64,000 nucleotides of DNA from the human T2T-CHM13v2.0 reference genome, Homo sapiens, in NCBI RefSeq assembly GCF_009914755.1, contig NC_060930.1; one strand, 5' to 3'. This document shows positions 1 through 11,601 of the stretch, one piece after another (within the stretch, counting starts at the first letter, position 1; every line of letters starts with the position of its first letter). Made by a program: the position numbers and the translations under genes. The notes below the pieces were generated by a model. It worked only from the letters and a program-made list of their open reading frames with translations. It had not been told where the DNA came from and ran no database searches.

Positions 1-188
1 AGAAGATGCCGTCTACACACCAAGGAGAGAGGCCTGGAACAGATTCTCCATCTAGGCTCAGAAGGGGCCAACCCTGCCGACACCCTGATCTGAGATTTCC
101 AGCGGCCAGGACTGTGAGGCAATGGCTCTCTATGGTTTAAGTCACCTGGTGTGCGATCTTGTGTGAGGACAGCCCTGGCAAACTCAGA
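1..188 (+). mobile_element. MLT1 (MaLR) LTR, 3' part
   Basis: ccaaggagagaggcctggaacagattctc...ccctgccgacaccctgatct...ggactgtgag...tttaagtcacc...cagccctggcaaact resembles the MLT1B/C 3' end. Confidence 0.75.
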
Positions 189-458
189 GAAGCAGGCTTC
201 AGTGCCCCACACAGGCATCTGTCCTAGCTGGGTGGCCTTCTTAGGATGATGTCTTTGTAAATCCCAACGTGAGGCACATGGCCCCATTCCCCATGCTGCA
301 CAGGTGAAGCCAGAGGCCCAGAGCACCACTGCCTGTGACCTCAACCTGCAGGCAAATCTGCATGAGGACGTAAAGTGGCTTTTTATTCAACGGAGTCTTT
401 GCCTTGACTCATCCCAAGGTTGTGTCTCCATAATGTGAAAACAACTGATAAAACCATT

Positions 459-798
459 TGTATTAGTCCCTTCTGCCACTGCTATAAAGATACTACCTGA
501 GACTGGGTAATTTATAAACACATGACTCACAGTTCTGAATGGCTGGGGAGGCCTCAGGAAACTTACAATCATGGCAGAAAGCACCTCTTCACAAGGTGGC
601 AGGAGAGAGAGTGTGCAGGGGAAATGCCAGACACTTATGAAACAACCAGATCTCATGAGAACTCCCTCACTATCATGAGAAAAGAAAGGGAAAAACCGCC
701 CACATGATCCAATCACCACCCCCAGGCCCCTCCCTTGACACATGGTGATTACAATTCAAGATGAGATTTGTGTGGGGACACAGAGCCAAACCATATCA
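459..798 (-). mobile_element. THE1/MSTA-type MaLR solo LTR
   Basis: Termini tgtattagtc...agccaaaccatatca; perfect 5-bp TSD CCATT at 454-458 and 799-803. Confidence 0.92.
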
Positions 799-1229
799 CC
801 ATTTTAATAAAACAGCCAAATGAATTGTCCAGCCTTGTGGAGAGGAAGGGAGAGGCCACCTCACAGAGACCTTTCTCCTTAAACTCAGCTAGGATATCCC
901 AGGACAGAGGGTCATAGAGTAGCCGAGCCAGCGGGAATCAGAATCAGGATGAGATACATGCGGTGCGCTGGGGGCAGGTGCAGGGGAGGTGAGTGTGCTG
1001 GGGTGAGTGCTCTGGAAGTGAGTTAGAAAGCATTTCCAGGGACATTCCACCCAGCCTCCACCTGTCAGGTGGGCCATTCAGGTCCCAGATGGAGTCACAT
1101 TAGCGTATCCATTCTCTCTTGCATGGCTTCTAAAGGCAGCGACGAGGGGGGTGATGATCAGTCCAACAATTGTAGGAACAGAACGATAACCCACATATTA
1201 ATGGAGCTCTTCCAGGGAACCCGAGGCTG

Positions 1230-1830
1230 AGCCCCAGGGAAGCAATGGTGATGTCCTGGCTGCTGTGGTTGTGCAGTCTAATGGGAGGAGACATTCTAGA
1301 CAAATTGTCAAAGCTCAGTACATAGAGGATGAGTAACAGGGGCAGCCTCCCTCCAGGGGTGACAGGGGCTGTGTGTGAGGGATAGGAGGTTGCTATGCGG
1401 GGGTGCAGGAGGATGGGCTGGGCTGGGTCATCCTGGGGTGGGAAGGGACAGAGCATCTGAGGAACAGAGATGAGGCCAGTGAAGCAGCCAGCAGCAAGGG
1501 GCGGGACAGCCAGGGGCAGGACGTGCCACCAGAGCTGTAGGCAGGAGACCAGCCTCAGGGGACCCAGGGGGGTTCACTGAAGGGCTGATTTTCATTGAGA
1601 AGGCATTGGGGGGACATGAACAAGCCTCTGTACAGAAAGTTTACTCTTCCTACAACATGGGAAATGGATTTGAGAGGGTTCAGCTGGGACCTTGAGGCCT
1701 GGGGAGCTGCTGCGGTGGCTGCAGCGTGGCCCTGGAGCTGGAGAGTGGGGGCAGATTTGAGGGAGGCCTAGGAAGTGAAGTCCAGAGGACCTGGGGATTG
1801 ACGAGTCACGGGGGTGAGAGAATGTAAGCT
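1230..1830 (-). mobile_element. Degenerate L2-like remnant
   Basis: gtctaatgggaggagaca, gaggccagtgaagc and gtaggcaggagaccag resemble antisense L2; highly diverged. Confidence 0.35.
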
Positions 1831-1908
1831 CCACAAAGACGATGATTTTGTCGATATTCTTAGCTTTTGTATCTGCAAAGCTTGTATAAGGGTTGCTCAT
1901 AGAAAGCG

Positions 1909-2398
1909 CTGAATACAGTCATTAAGCGAGGGACTTCCTGAATACAGTCATTAAGCGGGGGACTTCCTGAATACAGTCATTAAGCGGGGGACTTCCTGAA
2001 TAGTCATTAAGCGGGGGACTTCCTGAATACAGTCATTAAGCGGGGGACTTCCTGAATACAGTCATTAAGCGGGGGACTTCCTGAATACAGTCATTAAGCG
2101 GGGGACTTCCTGAACACAGTCATTAAGCGGGGGACTTCCTGAATACAGTCATTAAGCGGGGGACTTCCTGAATACAGTCATTAAGCGGGGGACTTCCTGA
2201 ATACAGTCATTAAGCGGGGGACTTCCTGAATAGTCATTAAGCGGGGGACTTCCTGAATACAGTCATTAAGCGGGGGACTTCCTGAATACAGTCATTAAGC
2301 GGGGGACTTCCTGAACACAGTCATTAAGCGGGGGACTTCCTGAATACAGTCATTAAGCGGGGGACTTCCTGAATACAGTCATTAAGCGGGGGACTTTC
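1909..2398. repeat. Minisatellite, 29-bp unit GAATACAGTCATTAAGCGGGGGACTTCCT, 17 copies
   Basis: Unit starts at 1911, 1940, 1969, 1998, 2025 ... 2371; two 27-bp variants lacking AC and two T>C variants. Confidence 0.98.
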
Positions 2399-2999
2399 TG
2401 TGTCGCTCATCAAGGCTGATGCTCAGGCTTTAGCCTGCACTGCTAGGGCGTGGCTGTGTCACCCACTGAGGCATACGGCACAGGACAAGGACTGAAATGG
2501 GAAACTGAATCCACGTGGGGCATTGCCCATTACAGAGCAAGGTGTTCCAGCAGAGACTTCCCAGAGCCAAGTCTGGCACAGATGTCGCTTCTCCATGCAA
2601 AGTTCCCTACACCCCAGGTCGATGTAGCCTTTTGTAGCTTGGCTCTCAGGACACCGGTCCACATTACTCCTGTGGTTACAATCACACTTTGCTTTATCAC
2701 ATTTCAACACTGAGCAATGAATGTGAGCAGGTGAGATTGCTGGATGTTTGCATTACAGCCTGGGAGGAAGAAGAACAGGAGGGCAGAGTGTGGTGCACTT
2801 ACAAAATATTCGCCTCGGTGGAGGAAATGTGTGCTAAGAAAAAGATCCTCATTTTGGAAAAGCTTAACTGCTTTAATGAAGTAAATGTAAAGTTTTCTTC
2901 AGGTGAACGTTAAGATTCACTGACTTAAAAATAAAGCTTCGGCAGGGCCAGTGTGTGTCCTCTGTCCCCATGAACCACTCTGTCTCAGGAAAATGAATT

Positions 3000-3127
3000 C
3001 CACGTGGGATGAGTGGTGTGTTGGTGATTTTCCACGAGGGTTGAGTGGCGTGTTGGTGATTTTCCACGTGGGTTGAGTGGCGTGTTGGTGATTTTCCACG
3101 TGGGTTGAATGGCGTGTTGGTGATTCT
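3000..3127. repeat. Minisatellite, 32-bp unit CCACGTGGGTTGAGTGGCGTGTTGGTGATTTT, 4 copies
   Basis: Unit starts at 3000, 3032, 3064, 3096. Confidence 0.96.
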
Positions 3128-3393
3128 CGCATGTTTTGGGGGTGTTTATGGCCTGCGATTTTTCTGCAGAATCCCTGGGGTGTAGCAAGGGAGGCCCAGG
3201 CCACCCTGGTCCCTCCTTCTTTGGACAGGGTTTACTCTTGGGCTTCTCTGATGTGACAGTCCGGAGCTGGATTCACTCCCATGGTCTCTCCCAATCACCC
3301 ATGAGGTTCTGCTTAGATTTAAACAGACAAGGGTCAGAGATGACACGTGGAAGTGACGTGCTCACTAAGTTGTGTCTTCAGAAGCAGTTCCGC

Positions 3394-3835
3394 TGTGAAA
3401 GTTGTCAGAATCAAAATGGAGTCACTTACGTTAAAACCCTGAAAAATAGAGCCAGGAAAGGCTGTAAAGGGAGGGTTCTTATGTATGAATGCCTGACAAT
3501 AGGAACTGTCACAAAAGACTCTGCAAAACCCACGTCTTCATACAAGAGCATCTCGACCTTACACAAAAGTACAGACATCTGCCCAGCAACTGCCTGTCCA
3601 ACCCGGGACTGGCACCACCTTTGTTATTATTGATTCTTGTAGCTAAGAATAATTATCTCAAAACAATGATGTGACCTCCATCCTCATTTTTCCTTTAAAA
3701 ACCTCCATCTTCCTTTACCTCCCTGAATATGCACATAGTTTACTATAGCAGACGTATTCTCGTTGCAATGCCTATTCCCAAATCAATGTCATTTTCTTTT
3801 AGAGAGCCTGTCTCTGTTTGTTCTTTAGGCTGACA
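3394..3835 (+). mobile_element. 5' LTR of MER4-group ERV (MER65A-like)
   Basis: TGTGAAAGTTGTCAGAATCAAAATGGAGTCAC...TTTAGGCTGACA with TG..CA ends; homologous to 10480-10898. Confidence 0.88.
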
Positions 3836-4625
3836 AAGATGGTGCTCAGTGCAGGAGCTGAAGAAACATCACGACTGGAAGGATGGGCTGTTCTTGGACC
3901 TGTGTGCAGTTCTCACTGGACCCCGTTGAGCTCTCTGTTTCCATGGGGATTCCATCACCTCTTCTGCCTAGGTGAGTCCTCTCTCAGGCTGAGCCGCCCT
4001 CATTTCGGTACAAGCTTTTTTACTCTGTCTGGGATTTGGTTGGGTTATAAGACCACCTGAAATAAAAGAGCTCACACCCCTTCTGGGATAATGGGGGACT
4101 TTTTGCCTTCTTGGCAAGTTCTCTTGGGTATAAAGGCCAGTGCCCCTCTGGTTTGAGTGCCATGCTTCCTGTGGATTTTACCTTCTGCCTCCGAGGCTCT
4201 TGTCTTCTCGGGTGGATTGACTTTGGACTCTTTCTGCCCAACATAATGTTTTGTTGGATCGGAGTGTCTAGTTAGAATTTTGTGAGTGCTCTGATGTTGG
4301 CTCATTTTGGTTTAGTTTTGTGCATCTGTAAATAATTTGGCTCTTTTTCCCCTTGACTGTTTCTAAAAAATCTTCCCAGAGCAAACACAAACATTCTTCA
4401 TGGTGGGTGTGGGATGGCTAACTAGAAGCCACTCAGCAGTTGCCGCCGTCTAAGACACTGACCCAAGCTCCTGACACTGCTCCACAGGATCTATGGGCTT
4501 TTCTTGGCTCTTGAAGAAATGAAATGGAATTCTCAAATACTAAGGCCACCGAGATTTCTGGGACTCCAAATGGTTACAAGCATTTCCCGGCGCATGTGTT
4601 TACATCACTGGTCATCATGGGGACC

Positions 4626-4920
4626 TTTTTTTCTTTTTTTTTGAGATGGAGTCTCGCTGTATTGCCCAGGCTGGAGTGCAGTGCCGCAATCTTGGATCAC
4701 TGCAACCTCTGCCCCCTGGATTCAAGTGATTTGCCTGCCTCTGCCTCCTGAGTAGCTGGGATTACAGGCGCGTGCCATCATGCCCAGCTCATTTTTCTAT
4801 TTTTAGTAGAGACGGAGTTTCACCATGTTGGCCAGTCTGGTCTCGAACTCCTGACCTTGTGATCTGCCTGCCTTGGCCTCCCAAAGTGCTGAGATTACAG
4901 GCGTGAGCTACCGCTCCAGC
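4626..4920 (-). mobile_element. AluS (Sg/Sc-like) inserted in the ERV internal region
   Basis: Full antisense Alu dimer with poly-T; TSD atggggaYc at 4617-4625 and 4922-4930. Confidence 0.95.
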
Positions 4921-7259
4921 AATGGGGATCTTTTGAACTCCCCAAGCTCATTTTTCCTTCAGGCTACAGCTACAGAGTTAACTTGTAGAGTCTTTTAACT
5001 TTTCTCTCTCTCTATATATATATATACATATTTTTTTCTTCCTACTTTGCATTTGCTGACTCTTCTGCAGATGTTGAGAAAAAATTCATTGCTTATCACA
5101 TGCCAGACAAGGTTTTAAAAAAGTCTTAACGGGCTTTCAAATTACTGACTTTACAAATTACCACACCTCCATGGCAACCAACAACAACCAAGACACCTTT
5201 TGGAAATGTAAATTTAGGTTTGCCTGACTAACAATTGCTTAGAGTAATGGAACAGTTAACTGAAGGAATGACATTACAAAAGAAAAAGTAGTAGAAATTG
5301 TTTATAAAATTAGGCCCTAAGATCAAACAGGTCAAAATCTTGAGTTCACAGAAAAAATATAAAAATATTTCTGTCTGGCATAAAAGTTGTTTTGTCTTGC
5401 CATGAAGGGGCAGAAAAGTAAAAAAACTCTGCTAAAATGGTTCCCTGCCTGCATAGACTAGTCAACCAAACCAGACTGGTAAAACCAGATAGATTTATTG
5501 CGGGTCCAAGGCCACCTGGAGAATTTATTGTATATAATTCAGCCAGCCCTAGCAGAAATGTCAACACTGAAAATTCAACCCTAAACTCATTTGAAACTGA
5601 ACAAACGGTAAAAAAGAACAAAGTTTTCTTTAAAAGTCAAACTGCTATGGAAACTGCTTTACCCAAAACGTTGGTCCACCACCTTCATTAGATTATCTGT
5701 CAGGGAAAAAAAAGTTTAGCCACGTGAAGGTGTCCCAATTTGTCGGAAACATAATTTGGGTCTAACTGTCTTTTCTATACTGATGAGTTGGTATGTTTAC
5801 CGTATCATGACTAAAATCCTAAAATGCAAACTGTAAGATCTTTGTGTGTACACGTGTGTTTAGGTGTACTTACATGTATCCACATGTATGATGTTATATA
5901 TTACATCTACATGGTAAAATCTGGCATAATCAGCTAAAAATTCCTTCAGAAAATTTATTCAGTTTGGCTTAAATAGGTGCTCATAGAAGTTGTTAAACTA
6001 TATAGTAATTAAGTATCTCTTAGTTCACATGACTTCAGTAACTGATAAATAAGCTGGTTTTAACATTGTTGTTAAAATAAAAATAGAAATGTTTTTAAAA
6101 TTGTCAGCACACATTTTTACCTGAGGTTGCTGGCCAGACGGTTTTATATTTGTCTTCACTTAAGGCGTCACGGTTTGACACCAAGGTTATAAAACTATAA
6201 ACTCAGCCTAAAAGCAGAATAATATTTGTTTGTATAACTCTTTGATAAATAAGGCTAATATAATGTTATTGATTTAAGAAAATTAGCTGTATCTTCTGAG
6301 TCATCACCAAAATATCCATGTATTTTACTTTAAGTTTCTTACTTAGGTGAAGTACATTATATTCATAGGCTAGAAAAATGGTTACTAGGAAAATAACAAA
6401 ATGATTAGCTTTGTCTAATATCTTAGTTTTCATAAGTAATATAGGTAAACCATTAAAAATAAACAAATTAGGTAAATTTAAATGGGATAAACATTTACGA
6501 ATGAGCTTTGCATGTAAAGTCTTAACGTCATGTTAAATTAAGTTGTGGATACCCATAAAATGTCTGGGTGATTCTCAAATAAGATAAAATGTTAATATTG
6601 GACAGACAGTTCAAAATTGCTTTGGTTTTAACTAAAAATTAGGGTTACTAAGAGTTAAAATTTGGATTTATATATTTATGTGTGTATGTGTGTGTGCATA
6701 TATATATGATTCTATATAGAAAGTGTGCCAAAACTTAAGATGTGCTTTTAATGACAAAAATGAGGAAGGCATAAAGTGTGTTTTTTATTGAAAAAAGAGC
6801 AATTCTGTCTAATTCAGAGCTTATTTTAAAAGGTTGTTTCAAAGTATGGATTAAAGAAAAAAATAGAAGCAAGATAGAAACTGGTAAATAGGTGACAAAG
6901 ATATGAAAAGAGTTTTAAACATAAAATTGTATTTATGGTAAAAAAAAGTTTAAAAAGAGAGTAATTTTGTAGGAGAAAGAATCTTGAGTGGTGCATTTTT
7001 GTCTTAAAGTAAAATAACTGGTTATGTAAGAAAGAGGACGCATGGGGCAGAGCAGAAAGTCTTAAGTGTGTAGTGGGAGGTCTGTGCAGGTCACAAATGG
7101 TTCATGAAGGATAGATTTATGAAGGGAATGTGTGTGTAATCAAGTTGGCTATAATTAAAAGAAAATTATTTATATGTCCATCTAAAGATTGAGATTTGAT
7201 ATTAAAAATACACTGATACAAAACTTGACCAGCCTAAGCAACATAGCAATATCTGTCTC

Positions 7260-7404
7260 TTTTTTTAACTTGTATTTTAGGCTCAGGGGTACATGGAAGG
7301 GTTTGTTATATAACAGGGGTTTGTTGTGCAGATTACTTCATCACCCAGGTATTAAGCCCAGTACCCAATAGTTATCTTTTTTGCTCCTCTCCTTTCTCCT
7401 ACCT
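7260..7404 (-). mobile_element. L1PA-type 3' end fragment
   Basis: ttttaggctcaggggtacatg...tacttcatcacccaggtattaagcccagtacccaatagttatc is the antisense of an older L1PA 3' UTR end. Confidence 0.85.
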
Positions 7405-9936
7405 CTTTTTTTTTTTTTTTTTTAACGAGGGGGAAAGAAAAAAAAATACACTGATACAAAGCTAAAATTTTCCCCCCATGTTAGAACAACAAGATTTTAA
7501 ACAAAAATATTGATCTGCTCTTGGTAAATATTGCAAAAGGTTTTGATTTCTAATTCTGAAGTCTATTTCTTTACATTTTCAACCATCTCCTGAAGGGCAG
7601 CTTCTTCCTGTTTTAGTTAATGTTTCTGCCAATTTTTTTTCTGAGATCCATTTAATGTACCTAGTTTCAGCTTAGGAATGCTGTTTTCTTCATTGAGAAT
7701 AATGATTTTATTTCTCAGGGTGGAATTTCTCTCCAGAAGCTTCTCAGGTTCCTGTTCAGAAGTTTCCCTTCTGCTGTTTCTTGCTGTATGTGATTTGCCA
7801 GCCATGCACCATTGCCTTCAGCTCTTTCTCCCCTGAGAAGGCTCCGGTAGTGACTCTCTCCTTTAATTTTTTTGTCAGCTCCTATAACTTTTTTCTCTGG
7901 TTTTGTCTGCTGTTATAACCTGACACTGAAAATTCTGTCTTGAAAGCCTAGAAAGGCATATAAATTCAGTACAACTTGAACTCCTGGCTTTTCTCAGTAC
8001 GTCTGAATTTTTCCATGTAACAGGAAGCTCATCATGCTGTTACTAGAGGCCATGTGTTCCCGTGCTCAAGATACTAGCGATGTTGTTCATGTTCCATGGT
8101 CTACACTAATGACCTTGGACACACACTCTTGCTGTGTCTTATTAAATTCAAGTAGCTTTTCCATCAGGTTTGACTTCTAGTTTATCAAAATGGGCTTCCA
8201 AGAAGCCATCACATTGCAGGAGGATTTTCTTTAACTTTTTGGTAACATGCCTAAAGAAACAAAGATTTTACATGTTATCAAGATAATTTCCTCAGTTGTC
8301 TTTATTAGTTTTTGATTACTTAGACAAACTGTGCTTTGAAAGGGTTAAGGTTTCTTTATAAATCCATGTAACTTTCTGTATTGCTATTAAAGTCTCTATC
8401 ACGAGGGTTAAATGAATGACTATTACTTCCACAATGACTTGTGATTCTGTTTTTATCAAATGTTTCAACACTTTTGGTATCTTTGATGGGCTCCCCCAAT
8501 ATCAAAATTCTAAATTAAGTAGTTTTGACCTAAAATTATAGATTGTCCATTCAGGCCCTTAGGGAGTCTAAAATGATGTCTCTCTCATCTTGTAGAAATA
8601 TTAAATGATAAGGCTTTTTTGGCAAATTGCATGGTAAGCACTGTCAGATGGTGAGAGATGCTAGAGATTCCTTCAGTTACATTGATGGGTATGTTATTGA
8701 TACGAATGTTCCAAAATTGCACAAAACTCTGAGAAGTCTAGGACATCATCAAGTCCTAATTCTGTTTTTTTTTATGCTGTATGCCACAAATTAACCAAGT
8801 TTTCTTGTCAATTTCTGATAATGGTAAATTTTCGTTCAGATTTATAACCATGGCTATTCTAACTCTCTGTGATTCACAGTTACTGTTTTAAGTCTCTGTC
8901 TGAAAGCATCTGCAGTCAGATTTGTGAAAAGACTCCAATAAGTACTCTTAATTACAGTTTTCTTATAACTTTAAGATCAATAGACTAAAGATTTTTAGAA
9001 CGTTAATGAGGAAATGGATGGGTTCATGAAGCTGATAATGGAGATCAAGCAGAACAAAAATTAATCACATAAGCTGAATAACTGATGGAAATAATATTTC
9101 TATGACTTTCATCTGGGACATTGTTGGAAATTTTTTTGTTTTCCAGACTTAAGGAAATTTTCTCTCTTAAGCTATCTACAGCTTATGATAACTTGGTGAA
9201 GTATACTTTTGTGAACAAAGGTGGAAGTATTTCCTTTTTCTCCCTAATTGATTCTGCCAGGAGTGGAAACTGTCAGGATGTATTCTTATTCTCATTACTT
9301 TTTGGCAATATGGCTATTCGCATAAGTTCAATATGAATTCACTCTCCCTTGCAAAGAGGATACAATTGAAAACATTGGTTATATTGCCAGGGTTTTGTCT
9401 GAAATATCACATTTGGGGATGTGCATAGAATGCCTGTTTGTAAGGGTTAGTAGGATCTTATAGTCACTAAAATTGTCACTTTCTGGCAGGCCCAGGAACC
9501 TCGAGACAGTAGGTGGAATCTATAGTCAGTATTAATTTGACTTTCTAGCCTCAAGAGATTTTAAAATCTGAGATTCCTGTGTGATTAATGTAGAGAGAAG
9601 AAGTTACGTTTCTGAGAAAACCTGCCCATACACCTCTTATTAGATTACAGCTCTGTGCATTGTTTTAGAGTTCTTGTTTCTACCTATAGACTAGACTAAA
9701 TCCTAACTTCTAGGTTCCTCCAATCCAGTTTTTTTTCCATAAAGGTACTAAAAATGGAAACCATTCCTGAAGTCCTGTAAGCTGAACCTAGGTTAATTTT
9801 AAGGAACAAGTCCGATACCCAATGTATAAGTCAAAAAAAAATTCACCAAACCTCCTGATGCCATAACCAGAGACATTCAAATTGTAAACCAACAGAAGTT
9901 GATGGTTTCACACTATAGATAGTCTTTCATAAGATT

Positions 9937-10276
9937 ATGGAAACAAGACTCTATGTTGCAATGACACTCTTACTTGTCTTAATGCCTTTTAAACTTGACC
10001 GAATAGTGGTCATTTAATGTATTTAATTGGTGGCCTTTCAGCCTACGTTCATGTCTCAAAACCATGATATAACCTGGGTTTGAGAGATTACTCTTAATTT
10101 TAATCTCTATTGTCCTTTTTACATTTTGTCTCTGTTGCTTGTCAAATTTCTGCAGAAGGACAACTCCTAGCAGAAGGATGCTGGCCCAGCACTTTGAGTT
10201 GATAGCCAACACCTACAGAACAGATGAAATTGAGCTTAATAACAACTTAACAAAATTGAACTCCAAGCAGGCTTAG
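9937..10276 (+). pseudogene. env-like relic: signal-peptide-like segment plus transmembrane anchor and cytoplasmic tail
   Basis: 9937-10017 translates METRLYVAMTLLLVLMPF..; 10022-10276 translates FNWWPFSLRSCLKTMI*PGFERLLLILISIVLFTFCLCCLSNFCRR..MLAQHFELIAN..; lies just before the PPT and 3' LTR where env belongs. Confidence 0.55.
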
Positions 10277-10479
10277 TCTGAGGACCACTCCCTCCAGGCC
10301 TCCCTTCTTGCTCAAATGTGGCTGAATGGATTTCAACACTGACTCCTTGTCACCAGTCACTCCCTCCAATGTAGAAGCAGACCAGACCAAATCAAGACAG
10401 GTCCATCCTTACACTGAGGGAAAATCAAAACCTAACTGCAGGATGGTTGATCAGAGAAAGATCTTGATCAAAAGAGGAA

Positions 10480-10898
10480 TGTGAAAGTTACCAGAACCAA
10501 AATGGAGTCACTTGTGTTGAAAACTCTGACAAATAATACAGGAAAAGGCCATGAAAGGAGGGTTCCTAAGCAGGAAAACAATCACGATAGACTCTGTGAA
10601 CGATGCGAGCCTGCACAAAGGCCCACTGCACCTTACACAAAAGGCACATCTGCACAGCAAGTGCCTGTTCAACCCTGGACTGGCCCCCTCTTTTTATTGA
10701 TCCCAGTAGCCAAAGAGAATTCTCTCAAAACAATGATATAATCCTTCTCATTTTTCCTTTAATAACTTTGTCTTCCTTCATCCTTCGGAATACACACATA
10801 GTTTACTATGGCATGCTATTCCCATTGCAGTGCCCTATCCCCGAATAAATATCATTTGCTTTTAGAGGGCCTCTCACTGTGTGCTTTTTAGGTTGACA
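10480..10898 (+). mobile_element. 3' LTR of MER65-like ERV
   Basis: TGTGAAAGTTACCAGAACCAAAATGGAGTCAC...AATAAA...TTTAGGTTGACA; colinear with 3394-3835. Confidence 0.88.
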
Positions 10899-11260
10899 CA
10901 CCTTGATCTGTCCTTTGTCATTAGGGGAACCTGAGTGCTGTTTGATACACTGAGGGCAGCAAGATAACCCCATTGCCCAGAGTCCTGCCTGGCTGCCCCA
11001 TCCGGTGGCTGCCCTTGGCACACCTGCGCCCTCCTGCCTCCTTCCCCACGCAGGCTCCTCCTTGTCTCCTGCACCTGGAGCCCAGTTTCTCAGACTGTCT
11101 CCACCAAATGTCCTCTGTGTCTCTACCCTCTCTCTTCCCATTGCTCCTCTTTTCACCTGCTTGCATCTCTTCCTCCAAAAGAAAGAAAGAAACCTTCTCC
11201 CTGGGGCCCAGCATTATGATCTATGCTGCCCCAAACTCTTCTTTTCTTACAGTCAAACTT

Positions 11261-11601
11261 CTTCTCTTTTTCTTTTCTTTTTTCTTTTCTTTCTTCCTTC
11301 CTTCCTTCTTTCTTTTTTTTTGAGACAGTCTTGCTCTGTTGCCCAGGACGGAGTGCAGTGACGTGACCTGGGCTCACTGCAACCTTCGCCTTATGGGTTC
11401 AAGCCATTCTCGTGCCTCAGCCTCCCGAGTAGCTGGGACTACAGATGCCCGCCACCACGCCCGGCTAACTTTTGTATTTTTAGTAGAGATGGGGTTTTGC
11501 CATGTTGGCCAGGCTGGTCTCGAACTCCTAACCTTAAGTGATCTGCCAGCCTCAGCCTCCCAAAGTGCTGGGATTACAGGCGTGAGCCACCATGCCCAGC
11601 C
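11261..11601 (-). mobile_element. AluSx/Sz with pyrimidine-microsatellite tail
   Basis: Full antisense Alu; tail degenerated to (TTTTC)n(TTCC)n. Confidence 0.95.

Larger units (their letters stand above)
3836..10479 (+). mobile_element. Internal region of non-autonomous MER4-group ERV (MER65-int-like)
   Basis: AT-rich 6.6 kb between two homologous LTRs; TGG-initiated degenerate PBS at ~3840; purine tract aaaagaggaa (10470-10479) abutting the 3' LTR; no long ORF. Confidence 0.85.

Noticed and set aside
1909-2398. CRISPR-like array (also the 32-bp array at 62569)
   Set aside because: Units are head-to-tail with no unique spacers, there are no cas genes, and the context is primate DNA; these are minisatellites
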